A stretch of DNA of 32,712 nucleotides from Bdellovibrionota bacterium (GTDB taxonomy: Bacteria; Bdellovibrionota_C; UBA2361; OMIW01). Position numbers and translations under genes: made by a program. Shown here piece after piece: positions 1 through 9,654 of the stretch. Position 1 is the first letter of the stretch. Every line of letters begins with the position of its first letter. The stretch lies in the NCBI GenBank assembly GCA_044345055.1, contig JBIJBT010000026.1, forward strand, positions 1-32,712, given 5' to 3'. The notes under the pieces were generated by a model. The model did not search any database and was not told the DNA's origin. It saw nothing but the letters and a program-made list of their open reading frames with translations.

Positions 1-334
1 CACTAAGATTCGACGCTAACGGTTGCGTCGAATTCATGGAGTGGTGCGACTGCACTGAATCCACACAATTCCAATTTGTGAGGGTTGAGGGGAAAAAAAT
101 CCTCGTCCTTTGCACAATTGCTTCTGTGCAAGTTCAGGTGGCTATGCCCTGTTCTGGGCGAATGGGGGTCATACCTAATCTCTATCAGCCGATAGAATCT
201 TTGACTACCTCAGACTCCGGGGTGGTACTTTTGGGGAAGACTTTCCCTAAACGTGACCTCGCCCGACCAAGGACATACGAGGGGTGAACTGCAGGTTCTT
301 CACGGGAGAAGCTAACCCCTTCTCCCGTTTTTTC
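1..334 (+). ncRNA. Putative large structured ncRNA, 3' portion (probably starts before the window); family unknown
   Basis: Back-to-back hairpins: 7-16/25-34, 37-47/52-63, 64-68/76-80, 81-91/100-109, 110-116/125-131, 146-149/156-159, 181-186/191-196, 204-211/219-226, 230-238/243-251, 257-261/278-282, plus a closing helix AGTTCA 131-136/TGAACT 285-290. Many G-U pairs work only on the + strand. Ends in a terminator. Confidence 0.65.
302..334 (+). terminator. Rho-independent terminator
   Basis: ACGGGAGAA (302-310)/TTCTCCCGT (320-328) 9-bp stem followed by a T-run. Confidence 0.8.
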
Positions 335-498
335 TCATTCCCGTTCCGACCACCAACTACGGCGATGCATACTCCCCGCCGAGTACGCGTTTCCCCTTTT
401 TGGTGTACCCTTTAAAAATCCTAATTCACCCATCGACAAACACCCCACCCCAAAAAACTGCGAGCCTTTTTTGTTTTCACTAATAGCAGTAATCTCCG

Positions 499-3174
499 AT
501 GTTCTACCAACCTGACACCAAATACACCCGAGCCATCCTCTCCCAAAACCCCGATATATCCGAGCTTTCGCTCTCTACCTCTCAGACAGCACATCAACCA
601 CTCGACGCCGATACTTCACCCCCGAGCCTTCCCGAAGCTTTTGATAAACTTCCGAAATTCGTTCACGATATCGCAGCTGCCTACCGCTCTCCGCGCCAGG
701 CTGTATTGGCCTATGCTAATCACCTTGCTATCGCCGGTCGTGATAGCCGACCCACTATGCCGTTGCTTGAAAGAGAGTTGTCTGAAATATCTCGAATGCA
801 GCTGCTTTTGCTCTCGATTGGCCATAATTTGAAAGCAGAGCTTCACCGCGACTCTCCCAACTATAAATTTTTCCCCGCCTCGATAGTCTGCTGTTATAGT
901 CACCTTAAAAATTTTGGGAATCAGGATTGGGAGCCACTCTCTCGAGTATTTGCGCTCCATCTCCCCGACGCGGATCACGATGAAATTCTCTCCAATCTTA
1001 ATGACAGCGATATAGACCCGAACGTTCCGGAGGCGTTTGGCTACCTGCGGTACATGACAGATAGTTCAGGAGCAGTTCGAATCGTTGAAATACATAATGA
1101 CCTTTACGATCGTCTATCATGCGAAGAACTAAAAGAGCGATACAAAGACTGGCAGTACGAACTCTTTGATGGGTTTATCGAGTATGTGCGGACGTCGGGG
1201 GATATGCAGTCGGCTGCAACCGATGAGATGGTAGAAGCCTTTAATGCTTATACCAACCGCACGATAATCATCCCACCTGCTGGAATAATGATCGAGCACG
1301 CACCCGAAATTGATTCCGCTCTTCTCATCGAACGATATCAGGAGCTTCCATCCAGAATCGGTTTTACTCAGCAAACTATTCCAGAAGATAGTGAAAAGTT
1401 AGTAGAGCTACCGCACTTTCAAGAAGGTTTGGTGCTAGCTATCGAATCACCTATTGAGAGCCGAATATCGACCGACTGCAGCAGGATACGGGAGCTTATT
1501 AGGCTGTACGGTGAACTTGAAACCTTCCCTGAGCAAAACCTTCCTCTTCCTCCGTTATCGCTTCCCCGCGAGCGGTTAAATGCGCCAACCCTTTATCCCT
1601 CATTTGAGCTTGTTTCTGCGACGGAAGTTCCATTTGAGAATTTCCTCTCTCCATCGCTTTTATACCAATACAGCCAATACGAGCAGTTTGCGGAGCCTTA
1701 TCGTCAAATCCTTGATGCCATTACAGGAAAGGATTTCACCTTAATTAGTCGAGGATTTGAGGGTGGTATGAATGATGATTGGGCGGTGATCCCCGATACC
1801 TCGCTCGAACCTGGAGTTTATTTTTTTCCGGTTCAGTCGGAGCTACAAAATCGACACCCTTCACTACGGATTGTTCTTGTCGACGAATCAGGTAAACAAA
1901 ACGGATTTCATATCGCGATAAAAGGGGCCGGAGTCGCTGAAAAAGGGGAGAATTCGGTGTTTGAGCTTCCAGAAGGGGTATCAGCTCCAATATATAAAAC
2001 AGCAGGTGCGCGGGTCGCTAGTCACCGATGGTGGGGAGGTTTACCATTTGAGGAGGCGTACGGAGAAGCGGCAAATGGACTAGCCCTTTTTTGGCATATC
2101 GAAGAGTCTCACCCAACCCTAAAGAATAGAGCTCCATTCCCGTTGCGTATTTCAGTACCAACGATGTTGCCTGTTTGGCGTGAAGAGGAGGATGGGGAAA
2201 CTACGGAGTGGCTTCCTCAGCCGGAGTATATGGAGATGATTTTAGCGGGAGTAGAGGCAGGCTCAGAGCAAAAGGAAGAAATTGATGACACGGATGATTC
2301 GGGAGTTATTACTGCGCAAGATGGGACAACTAATCAAGATGAATCGAGCGAAAAAAAAGCTCTCTCAAAGTTCATTCACGAACTTCCCTTTGCAACTCTA
2401 CTAACGGTTACACCGAGCGATGTGCGAATCGTAACTATGCAGGACCGCATATTTAATGGCCGTCCTGGATGCGGATCTGATATGCGTAGTCAGCTCGACG
2501 ATATCAATAAAGTGATGCGGTTTTTCTATCATGAGCATGGATTTGTTTTAAGAGAACCAGAAAAAAATGTGCCTTTTGAGCGAGACACCTTATCGCTTCC
2601 AATTATTCTTAACTACCTCCGTCAACTCAGCGACCTAAATAAAGAGAATGCGGAAACGATCTACAATCGGCTAAGTAAAGACACTCTCGCAATTATCCGA
2701 TCAGTACACGATCGAGGAGGTCATTTCGGCGGGGGAAGGTTCAAAGTAGAAGAAGGAGACGTCGAGGCGGTAGGAGATGAGACGGTAGGTATTGGCTGGG
2801 GAGGAGCTCTCGCGCTTCGAAACTTTAGTATCAAGGGGGGCATAAACGATTTTGCAGACTGTCGCTTCCCATGGGCCAGCTTGTATTCGCCCTTTTGTGA
2901 ACCTGAAATTCCAAAATACGGAGAAAAACTCCGTAAATTCGACCTGATTTATTTCGCCGAAACAGAGCAGTGGTTGCGGCTTATTCTTTTTGGCGCAGAT
3001 TATAATCTTGAAGCCAGCCCTGTGAAGCATATTTTTTATCCAGAGCACGATCTCTGTCTCTACTCAGCCGATAAACAAACTCCCAAGATTCTTGCCGCTG
3101 CAAATTTGCTCGATAGGCCAGAAACAACAGCAGACGAACTCCGAAATATGCTGTTTGGAGAGTTGGGGGAGTAG
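499..3174 (+). CDS. 891-aa hypothetical protein; C-terminal SelO/YdiU-like pseudokinase motifs, N-terminal GNAT-like region
   Basis: Long uninterrupted ORF. Motifs IKGAG, GG-x8-E, PSDVR, HFGG and RNFSIKGGIND occur in SelO order. The function is inferred. Confidence 0.8.
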   Translation: MFYQPDTKYTRAILSQNPDISELSLSTSQTAHQPLDADTSPPSLPEAFDKLPKFVHDIAAAYRSPRQAVLAYANHLAIAGRDSRPTMPLLERELSEISRMQLLLLSIGHNLKAELHRDSPNYKFFPASIVCCYSHLKNFGNQDWEPLSRVFALHLPDADHDEILSNLNDSDIDPNVPEAFGYLRYMTDSSGAVRIVEIHNDLYDRLSCEELKERYKDWQYELFDGFIEYVRTSGDMQSAATDEMVEAFNAYTNRTIIIPPAGIMIEHAPEIDSALLIERYQELPSRIGFTQQTIPEDSEKLVELPHFQEGLVLAIESPIESRISTDCSRIRELIRLYGELETFPEQNLPLPPLSLPRERLNAPTLYPSFELVSATEVPFENFLSPSLLYQYSQYEQFAEPYRQILDAITGKDFTLISRGFEGGMNDDWAVIPDTSLEPGVYFFPVQSELQNRHPSLRIVLVDESGKQNGFHIAIKGAGVAEKGENSVFELPEGVSAPIYKTAGARVASHRWWGGLPFEEAYGEAANGLALFWHIEESHPTLKNRAPFPLRISVPTMLPVWREEEDGETTEWLPQPEYMEMILAGVEAGSEQKEEIDDTDDSGVITAQDGTTNQDESSEKKALSKFIHELPFATLLTVTPSDVRIVTMQDRIFNGRPGCGSDMRSQLDDINKVMRFFYHEHGFVLREPEKNVPFERDTLSLPIILNYLRQLSDLNKENAETIYNRLSKDTLAIIRSVHDRGGHFGGGRFKVEEGDVEAVGDETVGIGWGGALALRNFSIKGGINDFADCRFPWASLYSPFCEPEIPKYGEKLRKFDLIYFAETEQWLRLILFGADYNLEASPVKHIFYPEHDLCLYSADKQTPKILAAANLLDRPETTADELRNMLFGELGE

Positions 3175-3323
3175 GACAAGGGAGAACAATGTTTTCGTCG
3201 TCTCTTTTCTCGCCCCCTTTCAAACCACCCCGAATCTAGCAATACTGAAGGGGCGCGAGGTCGTGGCTGTTTCGAGGCCAAGAGTTTTGGCCTCTGCGAA
3301 TCAGTCACCGAGGGAGGAAGTTT

Positions 3324-4763
3324 ATGGTCAGGTGGGAGCAATCTAAAGAAACGTTAGCTCTGTGGTGCGGCGTATCGCGCTACTCTTCATCTGCTATCAC
3401 CCGTTCTCTTTCTATCACCATTTCTCTTTGCGCAGCTGCCTCATTAACCGCCTGTTCTCACACTAATCCTCCTCGCACTTTGCGGGGGCATGGGTATCGG
3501 CTCTCGATTCCTGATGAGAGTGAGCAACAGTATCGTCAGGTGCCTTTTAATCAGGCAATCGCTGGAAGAGTGGGTGAGACGAGCGAGGGTGCTGCTCTTG
3601 ATCCCGAAACTACTTCAAATGGGGATGAAATCAACGAAATTCAACCCAATCCAGAGCTTCTCGATTCTCATCTTTTAACCCAATCAACCGAAAGAGTTGT
3701 CGCATTTTTACCGGTCTCTGGGAATTTCGCGGCGATGGGAAAAGCAATCGAGCTGGGGCTTCCGTGTGGACTTCAGGGAGAAGGAGGTTCTCTCCCGCCT
3801 GCGGTAACAGTTGTTGATGCAGCGGGTGATGAAGTTGCCACTTCGCGAGCTTTACGCGATACCATTCAAAAGGGACCTCGCCCGTTGGCTATCGTTGGTC
3901 CCTTCATATCCTCTCAGATTCCTCTTGTTACTGAGATAGCCCGCGATTTTTCTCTGCCCTCGTTTAATCTCGCAAAGGAGGCAGCATCAAAGGGCGATAC
4001 CGTTATTGATCTCGGTTTTTCTCTTCCTGCACAGATTTCAGCGATCGTCAGAGATGGGATTCAACGAGCGGGAATCAAACGACTCGCTATTGCGCGCACA
4101 CCGACAGAGCTTTCAACAAAAACGGCTGACGAGCTCAGGCGTGGCCTCGAAGGGAGTGGTGTAACCGTTGTTTTTGATGGGACATACGGTGATGGCGGGG
4201 AGTTCTCCGGCGTAAGAGAGCTTATTCAGAAGCTCGAAGAAACTCCTGTAGATGGACTTTTTGTTGCCGATACTGTGCAGGGAGCAGGAAGACTCCTCTC
4301 TTCACTTGGAAACTCTCTTCGGGGGCGCATTACCGTATTTGGCCCAGGTGCATGGTACAACGCATCAGCGTTGCGCAATGCTCAGGATGCCTTTAATGGC
4401 GTAGTGTTTCCCGTTCCACTACTTGCACAAGAGGAACAGCCGCTGTTTAAAAAACTAGCTCGGTGCTTACCAGCAAAAAGAGATCGAAACGGTGATTTTC
4501 TCGCAGCGCTCGGATTCGATGTTGGTACAATAGTTGCTCTCCGTGGGGAGGGTCGGCTTGGGCTTTACAAAGGATTGACAGGAAGTTTTGGACTTGAAGA
4601 AAACGGCGTCTCTCGGACTGTGCCTGTTGGCATATATACCGATGGCGTGATTCGACCTTATAGCCCGATTATTCGCTCTCTTGCCGATGTGTTGCCGACA
4701 AGAGCCAACGATGTAGCACAGGAAAAGCAAGCCCCTGAAACTTCGGCGAACGACGCCATCTGA
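3324..4763 (+). CDS. Lipoprotein with type-1 periplasmic-binding-protein fold (LppC/LpoA C-domain-like, putative PBP activator)
   Basis: RBS GAGGGAGGA; lipobox-like SLTAC; VVAFLPVSGNFAAMGKAIELG, AIVGPFIS, ALGFD and YKGLTGSF are typical of the LppC/LivJ-like fold. Confidence 0.7.
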   Translation: MVRWEQSKETLALWCGVSRYSSSAITRSLSITISLCAAASLTACSHTNPPRTLRGHGYRLSIPDESEQQYRQVPFNQAIAGRVGETSEGAALDPETTSNGDEINEIQPNPELLDSHLLTQSTERVVAFLPVSGNFAAMGKAIELGLPCGLQGEGGSLPPAVTVVDAAGDEVATSRALRDTIQKGPRPLAIVGPFISSQIPLVTEIARDFSLPSFNLAKEAASKGDTVIDLGFSLPAQISAIVRDGIQRAGIKRLAIARTPTELSTKTADELRRGLEGSGVTVVFDGTYGDGGEFSGVRELIQKLEETPVDGLFVADTVQGAGRLLSSLGNSLRGRITVFGPGAWYNASALRNAQDAFNGVVFPVPLLAQEEQPLFKKLARCLPAKRDRNGDFLAALGFDVGTIVALRGEGRLGLYKGLTGSFGLEENGVSRTVPVGIYTDGVIRPYSPIIRSLADVLPTRANDVAQEKQAPETSANDAI

Positions 4764-4775
4764 CAAAGTTAAACA

Positions 4776-7229
4776 ATGAAAAAAAAAGAGGTGTCATCAC
4801 GAAAATCGCAAAAGAAGACTGACCATAAGTGGTCGAGTCTTCCGAAGGAATTGCCCGTTCTCCCTGCAAAGGACCTAGTGGCATTTCCCGGTGTGATGAT
4901 GTCACTCTCAGTGACCAGAACCGCGAGCATAGATGCTGTAGAACACGCACTTTCGGAAGATAAGCTCGTTTTTCTTGTCACCCAGCGCAATACCGAAACG
5001 GAGGATCCATCAGGAAGAGATCTCTACCGAATTGGCGTTGTTGCAAATATTGTTCGCACTCTTCAACAGCCGGACAGTCGATACAAAGTTCTCATTCAGG
5101 GTCTTGTGCGAGCCAAGGCTCGCTCGTATCGGCGAGGGCGCTTCACTACAGCAATCATTGAGCCGATTCCTCAACGCGAAATAGAGGTCGCAGAGGGCAA
5201 TAGTGAAATCATAAAACGAATTCGTGAGAATCTTCAGATCCTCGTCGAGCGCGAGCATTTGCCAGAGGAGCTGTTACTCGTTACCGAGCAGGTAACGCAT
5301 CCCGGCGAGCTCGCTGATGTTATTCTTGCACACTATCGGCTTGATATTACTCAGGCCCAGCGAGCACTTGAGGAGCTCGATCCGATTCGTCGAATCGTCA
5401 TGACCGATGCGATTATTCGCGATGATCTCAGTAAATCCATAATCTCTGAGAATATCCAGAATCGTGCTCGTGACGAACTCAATCGCGGCCAACGAGAGTA
5501 CTTTCTTCGTGAGCAGCTAAAGCAGATACAGGATGAGCTCGGAGAAGGCCAGGAGGCGATTGAGGATATCGCGGTTCTTCGTCGCAGCATCGCTGAAGCT
5601 GAACTCCCTCCGTTGCCTCAACAAGAGGCGACTAAGCAGCTCTCACGGCTTGAGCGGATGTCGCCTGAGGGTAGTGAATACGCTTTATTACGCACCTATC
5701 TTGAGTGGTTGGCTGATCTTCCATGGAAAAAACGGACCAAGGAGCGGTGCAATCTTGCTCAGGCGGCCCGGATTCTGGATCAAGATCATTTTGGGCTTCA
5801 AAAAGCAAAAGAGCGAATCCTTGAATATCTCGCGGTCCGAAAGCTGAACAAAAGTCAGCCTGGCCCGATTTTGTGCTTTATCGGCCCACCCGGTGTGGGG
5901 AAAACTTCTCTTGGTCGAAGCATCGCAACAGCTCTGAATCGGCAATTTTTCCGAATGTCGCTCGGTGGAGTTCGCGATGAAGCTGAGATTCGTGGTCATC
6001 GACGAACATATGTTGGCGCGCTTCCTGGCCGCATAATTCAGGGGCTAAAACAGGTCGGATCTCGAAATCCAGTGATTGTGCTCGATGAGCTCGATAAAGT
6101 TGGAACCGATTTTCGTGGCGACCCAGCATCAGCGCTTCTTGAAGTTCTCGATCCGCAGCAGAATACAGAATTTCGGGATCATTATCTCAACGTAAACTTC
6201 GACCTCTCCGAAGTGCTTTTCATTGCGACAGCCAATACCGTCGATACAATCCCCGATGCACTGCTAGATAGGCTCGAGGTGATTCAGATCGCAGGCTATA
6301 CACTTGAGGAAAAACAAAAGATCGCTGAGCGATTTATTGTACCTCGTCAGATGGCAGAGAATGGCCTAAAAACAACTAGTTTAAAGTTCGACTCGAATGC
6401 TCTCTCTTTTATAATCGAGCGATACACCGCAGAGGCGGGGGTGCGTGGGCTTGAGCGTGAAATCGGGGCGCTTTGTCGCAAGGTAGCAAAGCGGTATGTC
6501 TCTGAGGGGGTGATGCCCCCACAAATTACCCAAGCGGTTGTTGGTGAGCTTCTGGGACCGACAAAGTTTGATCCAGAATTACGGGACAGCGATGAGACGG
6601 TCGGTGTTGCGCGCGGGCTTGCATGGACGGTAAACGGCGGAGAGATTATGCCCGTCGAGGCATCAGTTGCGCGTGGTTCAGGTACATTGAGCCTTACAGG
6701 ACAGCTCGGCTCAGTCATGCAAGAATCAGCACAGGCTGCCCTTTTTTACGCCCGCGCAAATGCAGAGTTGCTCGGCCTTGATCCGCACTTTTTCTCAAAA
6801 CACGACTTTCATATCCATGTACCGAGTGGAGCTACTCCAAAGGATGGACCCTCCGCAGGGATTACGATCGCGTGTGCTCTTGTTTCAGCACTCTCGGGTC
6901 GTCCAGTATCGCCACACCACGCAATGACTGGTGAGATGACCCTTCGAGGTCATATTCTTGCAGTTGGGGGACTCAAGGAAAAAGCGCTCGCCGCGCTTCG
7001 GTTTGGGATACGAAATGTGATTATTCCAGCTGATAATCTAAAAGATATAGAGGATATTCCAAAGGAACAAAGAGACAATATTAATTTTCTCCCGGTCCGT
7101 GAGGTGAGCGAAGTGTTGGCACTTACCCTTCTAAAAAAACCTCGTACCTCAAAATCCCCTCAAAAACAACAAAAAACGGGCAGTAATTCTGGAAGTGTGC
7201 CGAGGCGAAATCTTAAAAAGAGCCCTTGA
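4776..7229 (+). CDS. lon: ATP-dependent Lon protease
   Basis: N-terminal LON domain, Walker [19 protein letters not shown], Walker [10 protein letters not shown], catalytic PKDGPSAG. Confidence 0.98.
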   Translation: MKKKEVSSRKSQKKTDHKWSSLPKELPVLPAKDLVAFPGVMMSLSVTRTASIDAVEHALSEDKLVFLVTQRNTETEDPSGRDLYRIGVVANIVRTLQQPDSRYKVLIQGLVRAKARSYRRGRFTTAIIEPIPQREIEVAEGNSEIIKRIRENLQILVEREHLPEELLLVTEQVTHPGELADVILAHYRLDITQAQRALEELDPIRRIVMTDAIIRDDLSKSIISENIQNRARDELNRGQREYFLREQLKQIQDELGEGQEAIEDIAVLRRSIAEAELPPLPQQEATKQLSRLERMSPEGSEYALLRTYLEWLADLPWKKRTKERCNLAQAARILDQDHFGLQKAKERILEYLAVRKLNKSQPGPILCFIGPPGVGKTSLGRSIATALNRQFFRMSLGGVRDEAEIRGHRRTYVGALPGRIIQGLKQVGSRNPVIVLDELDKVGTDFRGDPASALLEVLDPQQNTEFRDHYLNVNFDLSEVLFIATANTVDTIPDALLDRLEVIQIAGYTLEEKQKIAERFIVPRQMAENGLKTTSLKFDSNALSFIIERYTAEAGVRGLEREIGALCRKVAKRYVSEGVMPPQITQAVVGELLGPTKFDPELRDSDETVGVARGLAWTVNGGEIMPVEASVARGSGTLSLTGQLGSVMQESAQAALFYARANAELLGLDPHFFSKHDFHIHVPSGATPKDGPSAGITIACALVSALSGRPVSPHHAMTGEMTLRGHILAVGGLKEKALAALRFGIRNVIIPADNLKDIEDIPKEQRDNINFLPVREVSEVLALTLLKKPRTSKSPQKQQKTGSNSGSVPRRNLKKSP

Positions 7230-7249
7230 GATGGACGCAACCAAAATCT

Positions 7250-7933
7250 CTAACAGGAAAGCTGTTCGAACTGTTGGTTGTGGACGAGCTGATCGAACGA
7301 GGGCAGCTGGTCTTTTGATTCGATCTTTGTTCCTCCAGCTGAGATAACCGTTTCGACATGAATACGGACCGTTGGCGATACACTCCAGAGAAAATACCAA
7401 GGGGGACGAGCTATACCAAACTCTCGCCAATTAAAAACTGCATCTCCCACGAATGAAAAATGATTCGGGGTGCGTTTAACAAATCCCTGAACTGGAACGA
7501 TCTGCGAAACTGCTCTCATTGTGAGTACTCCATCGAGCTGAACGGGTAGGGAGTCACCAATCCCAAGAAGCTCAAGTTCGCTTATTCCCTGCAGCCCGAG
7601 GATTGAGTAACGAGCTCGCGGATGCTTTGCGCCATCACAAAGGGTAACAAGATTTCGATTAAGGAGAATTGAGTTTGTCCTTAGTCTGTCGAGGGGAAAA
7701 ACAATTCGTCCATGAGTAGTTTGAACACTTCCACCCTCATTGAGCGAAACCACTCCCGAAAATCCCCTCAAAGAACCGACTATGGGACGCCATCGGGTTT
7801 TTATTTCAAACGCCACTGAGGTAGTATCCTCGAGGACCTGCGTTGGGAAAACGGGGGAAGCTCCGTTGACTGCTCCGGTGGTGAGCACTGCAACAATGGA
7901 TGATGCTCGTCGAGAAACAAATACAATCGTCAT
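7250..7933 (-). CDS. YceI-like lipid/polyisoprenoid-binding protein (start uncertain)
   Basis: TSVAFEIK..GFSGVV, LRTN..LNRNL, LDGVLTMRAVS and FNWREFGI follow the YceI beta-barrel pattern. Confidence 0.65.
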   Translation of the reverse strand: MTIVFVSRRASSIVAVLTTGAVNGASPVFPTQVLEDTTSVAFEIKTRWRPIVGSLRGFSGVVSLNEGGSVQTTHGRIVFPLDRLRTNSILLNRNLVTLCDGAKHPRARYSILGLQGISELELLGIGDSLPVQLDGVLTMRAVSQIVPVQGFVKRTPNHFSFVGDAVFNWREFGIARPPWYFLWSVSPTVRIHVETVISAGGTKIESKDQLPSFDQLVHNQQFEQLSC

Positions 7934-8240
7934 GGAGCTACCTCGCTTGCAAAAACATCACTAACAAAAACATCGCAAAACTGAACAAAACCGGGTAAAG
8001 CCGAGGAGGTGCTGCGAAAGCATCTAGTCGTATGAGCAGATTTTTATAAGCTATTTTAAAAAAAATTAGGTAAAAAATAACATTAAAAAATCTAACTCAC
8101 TTTGTTCCTGCGTCCACCATAGCCGATACAGAAATTTAGCACCATCCTTTCTGCAATATTCGATAAGACCATCATTCATGGAAGATACGATTTAGTAAAA
8201 CGATGCAATAAAACAACTCCAAAAAAACAACGGAGAAACG

Positions 8241-9473
8241 ATGGGATTAGAACACGGCACATACAACTTAACTGAAACCGAAAAGAAGTTTCTTGATGAG
8301 ATAAAGATAGTTGCTTCAAAGATAAGCAATACCTATGCTCACAAAAGCTGCATTCTCTTTCATCACAACGATGCTGATGGTATCGCTTCCGGAGCTATTC
8401 TATCGACAGCGTTCAGCCGGATGGGAATGAGAGTTGCTCGATATTGTTTAGAGAAACCGTTTCCGATCGCGATAGAACGAATTCTTGAGGAGCGAGATGA
8501 ACCGCTGATCGTAATCACTGATTTTGGCTCTGGGATGATTTCGCTGATTGAATCGTTGGCTCCAACGGATAGTCAGATTCTTTTTCTCGATCATCATCAG
8601 CTCGAGAAAAAGAACGATAATAATCTTTCGCGCAGTGTAATTCTCAACCCGATTGCGTGGGGCATAGATGGCGCTAAAGCGGCATCGGCTGCGACAGTGT
8701 GCGCCCTATTTGCGAGTGCAGTATCGCCCGACAATCGTGATCTTTCATGGTTGGGGGTTCTCGGTTGGCGGGGTGATGGACAAGATGATCGTGGATTGAA
8801 TCATCAACTTCTTATAGAGGCGCGAGATCGTGGTGATATAACAGGAGAGAGTGGTGACGAGCAGGTTGTTGAGTCTCGGTTTTCTCTGAACTCGGTGATA
8901 GAGGGGGTTAATGCGCTCGGTGCTTTCGATTACTTGCGGGGTGGTCCTGACATTGCGATGAAGGGGTTGATCAGTGGGAATATCGAGGGGCTTCTCCAGA
9001 TCGCCTCGGCTGCGCGTCGGCGGTACGAGGAGTTATGGCGGGATGGCGAGGCAATTACAGTGGTTGAGCACGATAGCGGCCTCTTAGCGTGGTTATCCCT
9101 CTCAGAATCATTTGCTGGATTCGGAGTCAAAACAGTTGGGCTGATGTGCGAAGATTTGATTGCGCGGGGCAGGGTATCCAAGAATCGATATCTGGTCGGT
9201 TTTCAGCAGGTGGCCGATGAGATCCCTGGGATTGGACCAGTGGCCATCGATCAGGTAAAAGTATCGATGCGGCTTCCGCCCGAGATCGCCGAGCGAGTGA
9301 AAAGGGGAGATACCCCCCCGCTCACTGAGATTCTTCCCCAAGCAGCTCGAGAAATAGGAGGATTTGTCGATGGCTGCCATCCACACGCTGCGGCGGTATC
9401 AATTGATAAGGGCAAAGAGCAGCTGCTGCTTGATGGACTCGCTCGGGCTATAGCCTCGTGGCGTCCATCGTGA
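8241..9473 (+). CDS. DHH-family phosphoesterase (RecJ-like, archaeal style)
   Basis: DHH motifs HHNDADG, ITDFGSG, LDHH; DHHA1-type KVSMR..GCHPHAAA. Confidence 0.85.
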   Translation: MGLEHGTYNLTETEKKFLDEIKIVASKISNTYAHKSCILFHHNDADGIASGAILSTAFSRMGMRVARYCLEKPFPIAIERILEERDEPLIVITDFGSGMISLIESLAPTDSQILFLDHHQLEKKNDNNLSRSVILNPIAWGIDGAKAASAATVCALFASAVSPDNRDLSWLGVLGWRGDGQDDRGLNHQLLIEARDRGDITGESGDEQVVESRFSLNSVIEGVNALGAFDYLRGGPDIAMKGLISGNIEGLLQIASAARRRYEELWRDGEAITVVEHDSGLLAWLSLSESFAGFGVKTVGLMCEDLIARGRVSKNRYLVGFQQVADEIPGIGPVAIDQVKVSMRLPPEIAERVKRGDTPPLTEILPQAAREIGGFVDGCHPHAAAVSIDKGKEQLLLDGLARAIASWRPS

Positions 9474-9654
9474 ATTGGATGATGGCGCTGCGCTAGAGGT
9501 GAAAAAATTCGTCAGTGGTGAGAAATCTCACGAAAAAGGGGAAACTAAGAGCTGCTCATGAACGATACTAAGAAAGATTTTAGTTAGAGAAACGGTCGGC
9601 AATCGAAAAATAGCCGATTCAATATAAATCATATAATTAAACGAAGGAGGAGCT

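Noticed and set aside
36..287. 83-aa ORF
   Set aside because: No RBS or recognisable motif; it lies within the hairpin-dense region, which is better explained as RNA.
1..334. Assignment to RNase P RNA, tmRNA, or group I/II intron
   Set aside because: No GAGGAAAGUCC or tRNA-like 3' end, no domain V, and GACUA at 203-207 has no UAGUC partner.
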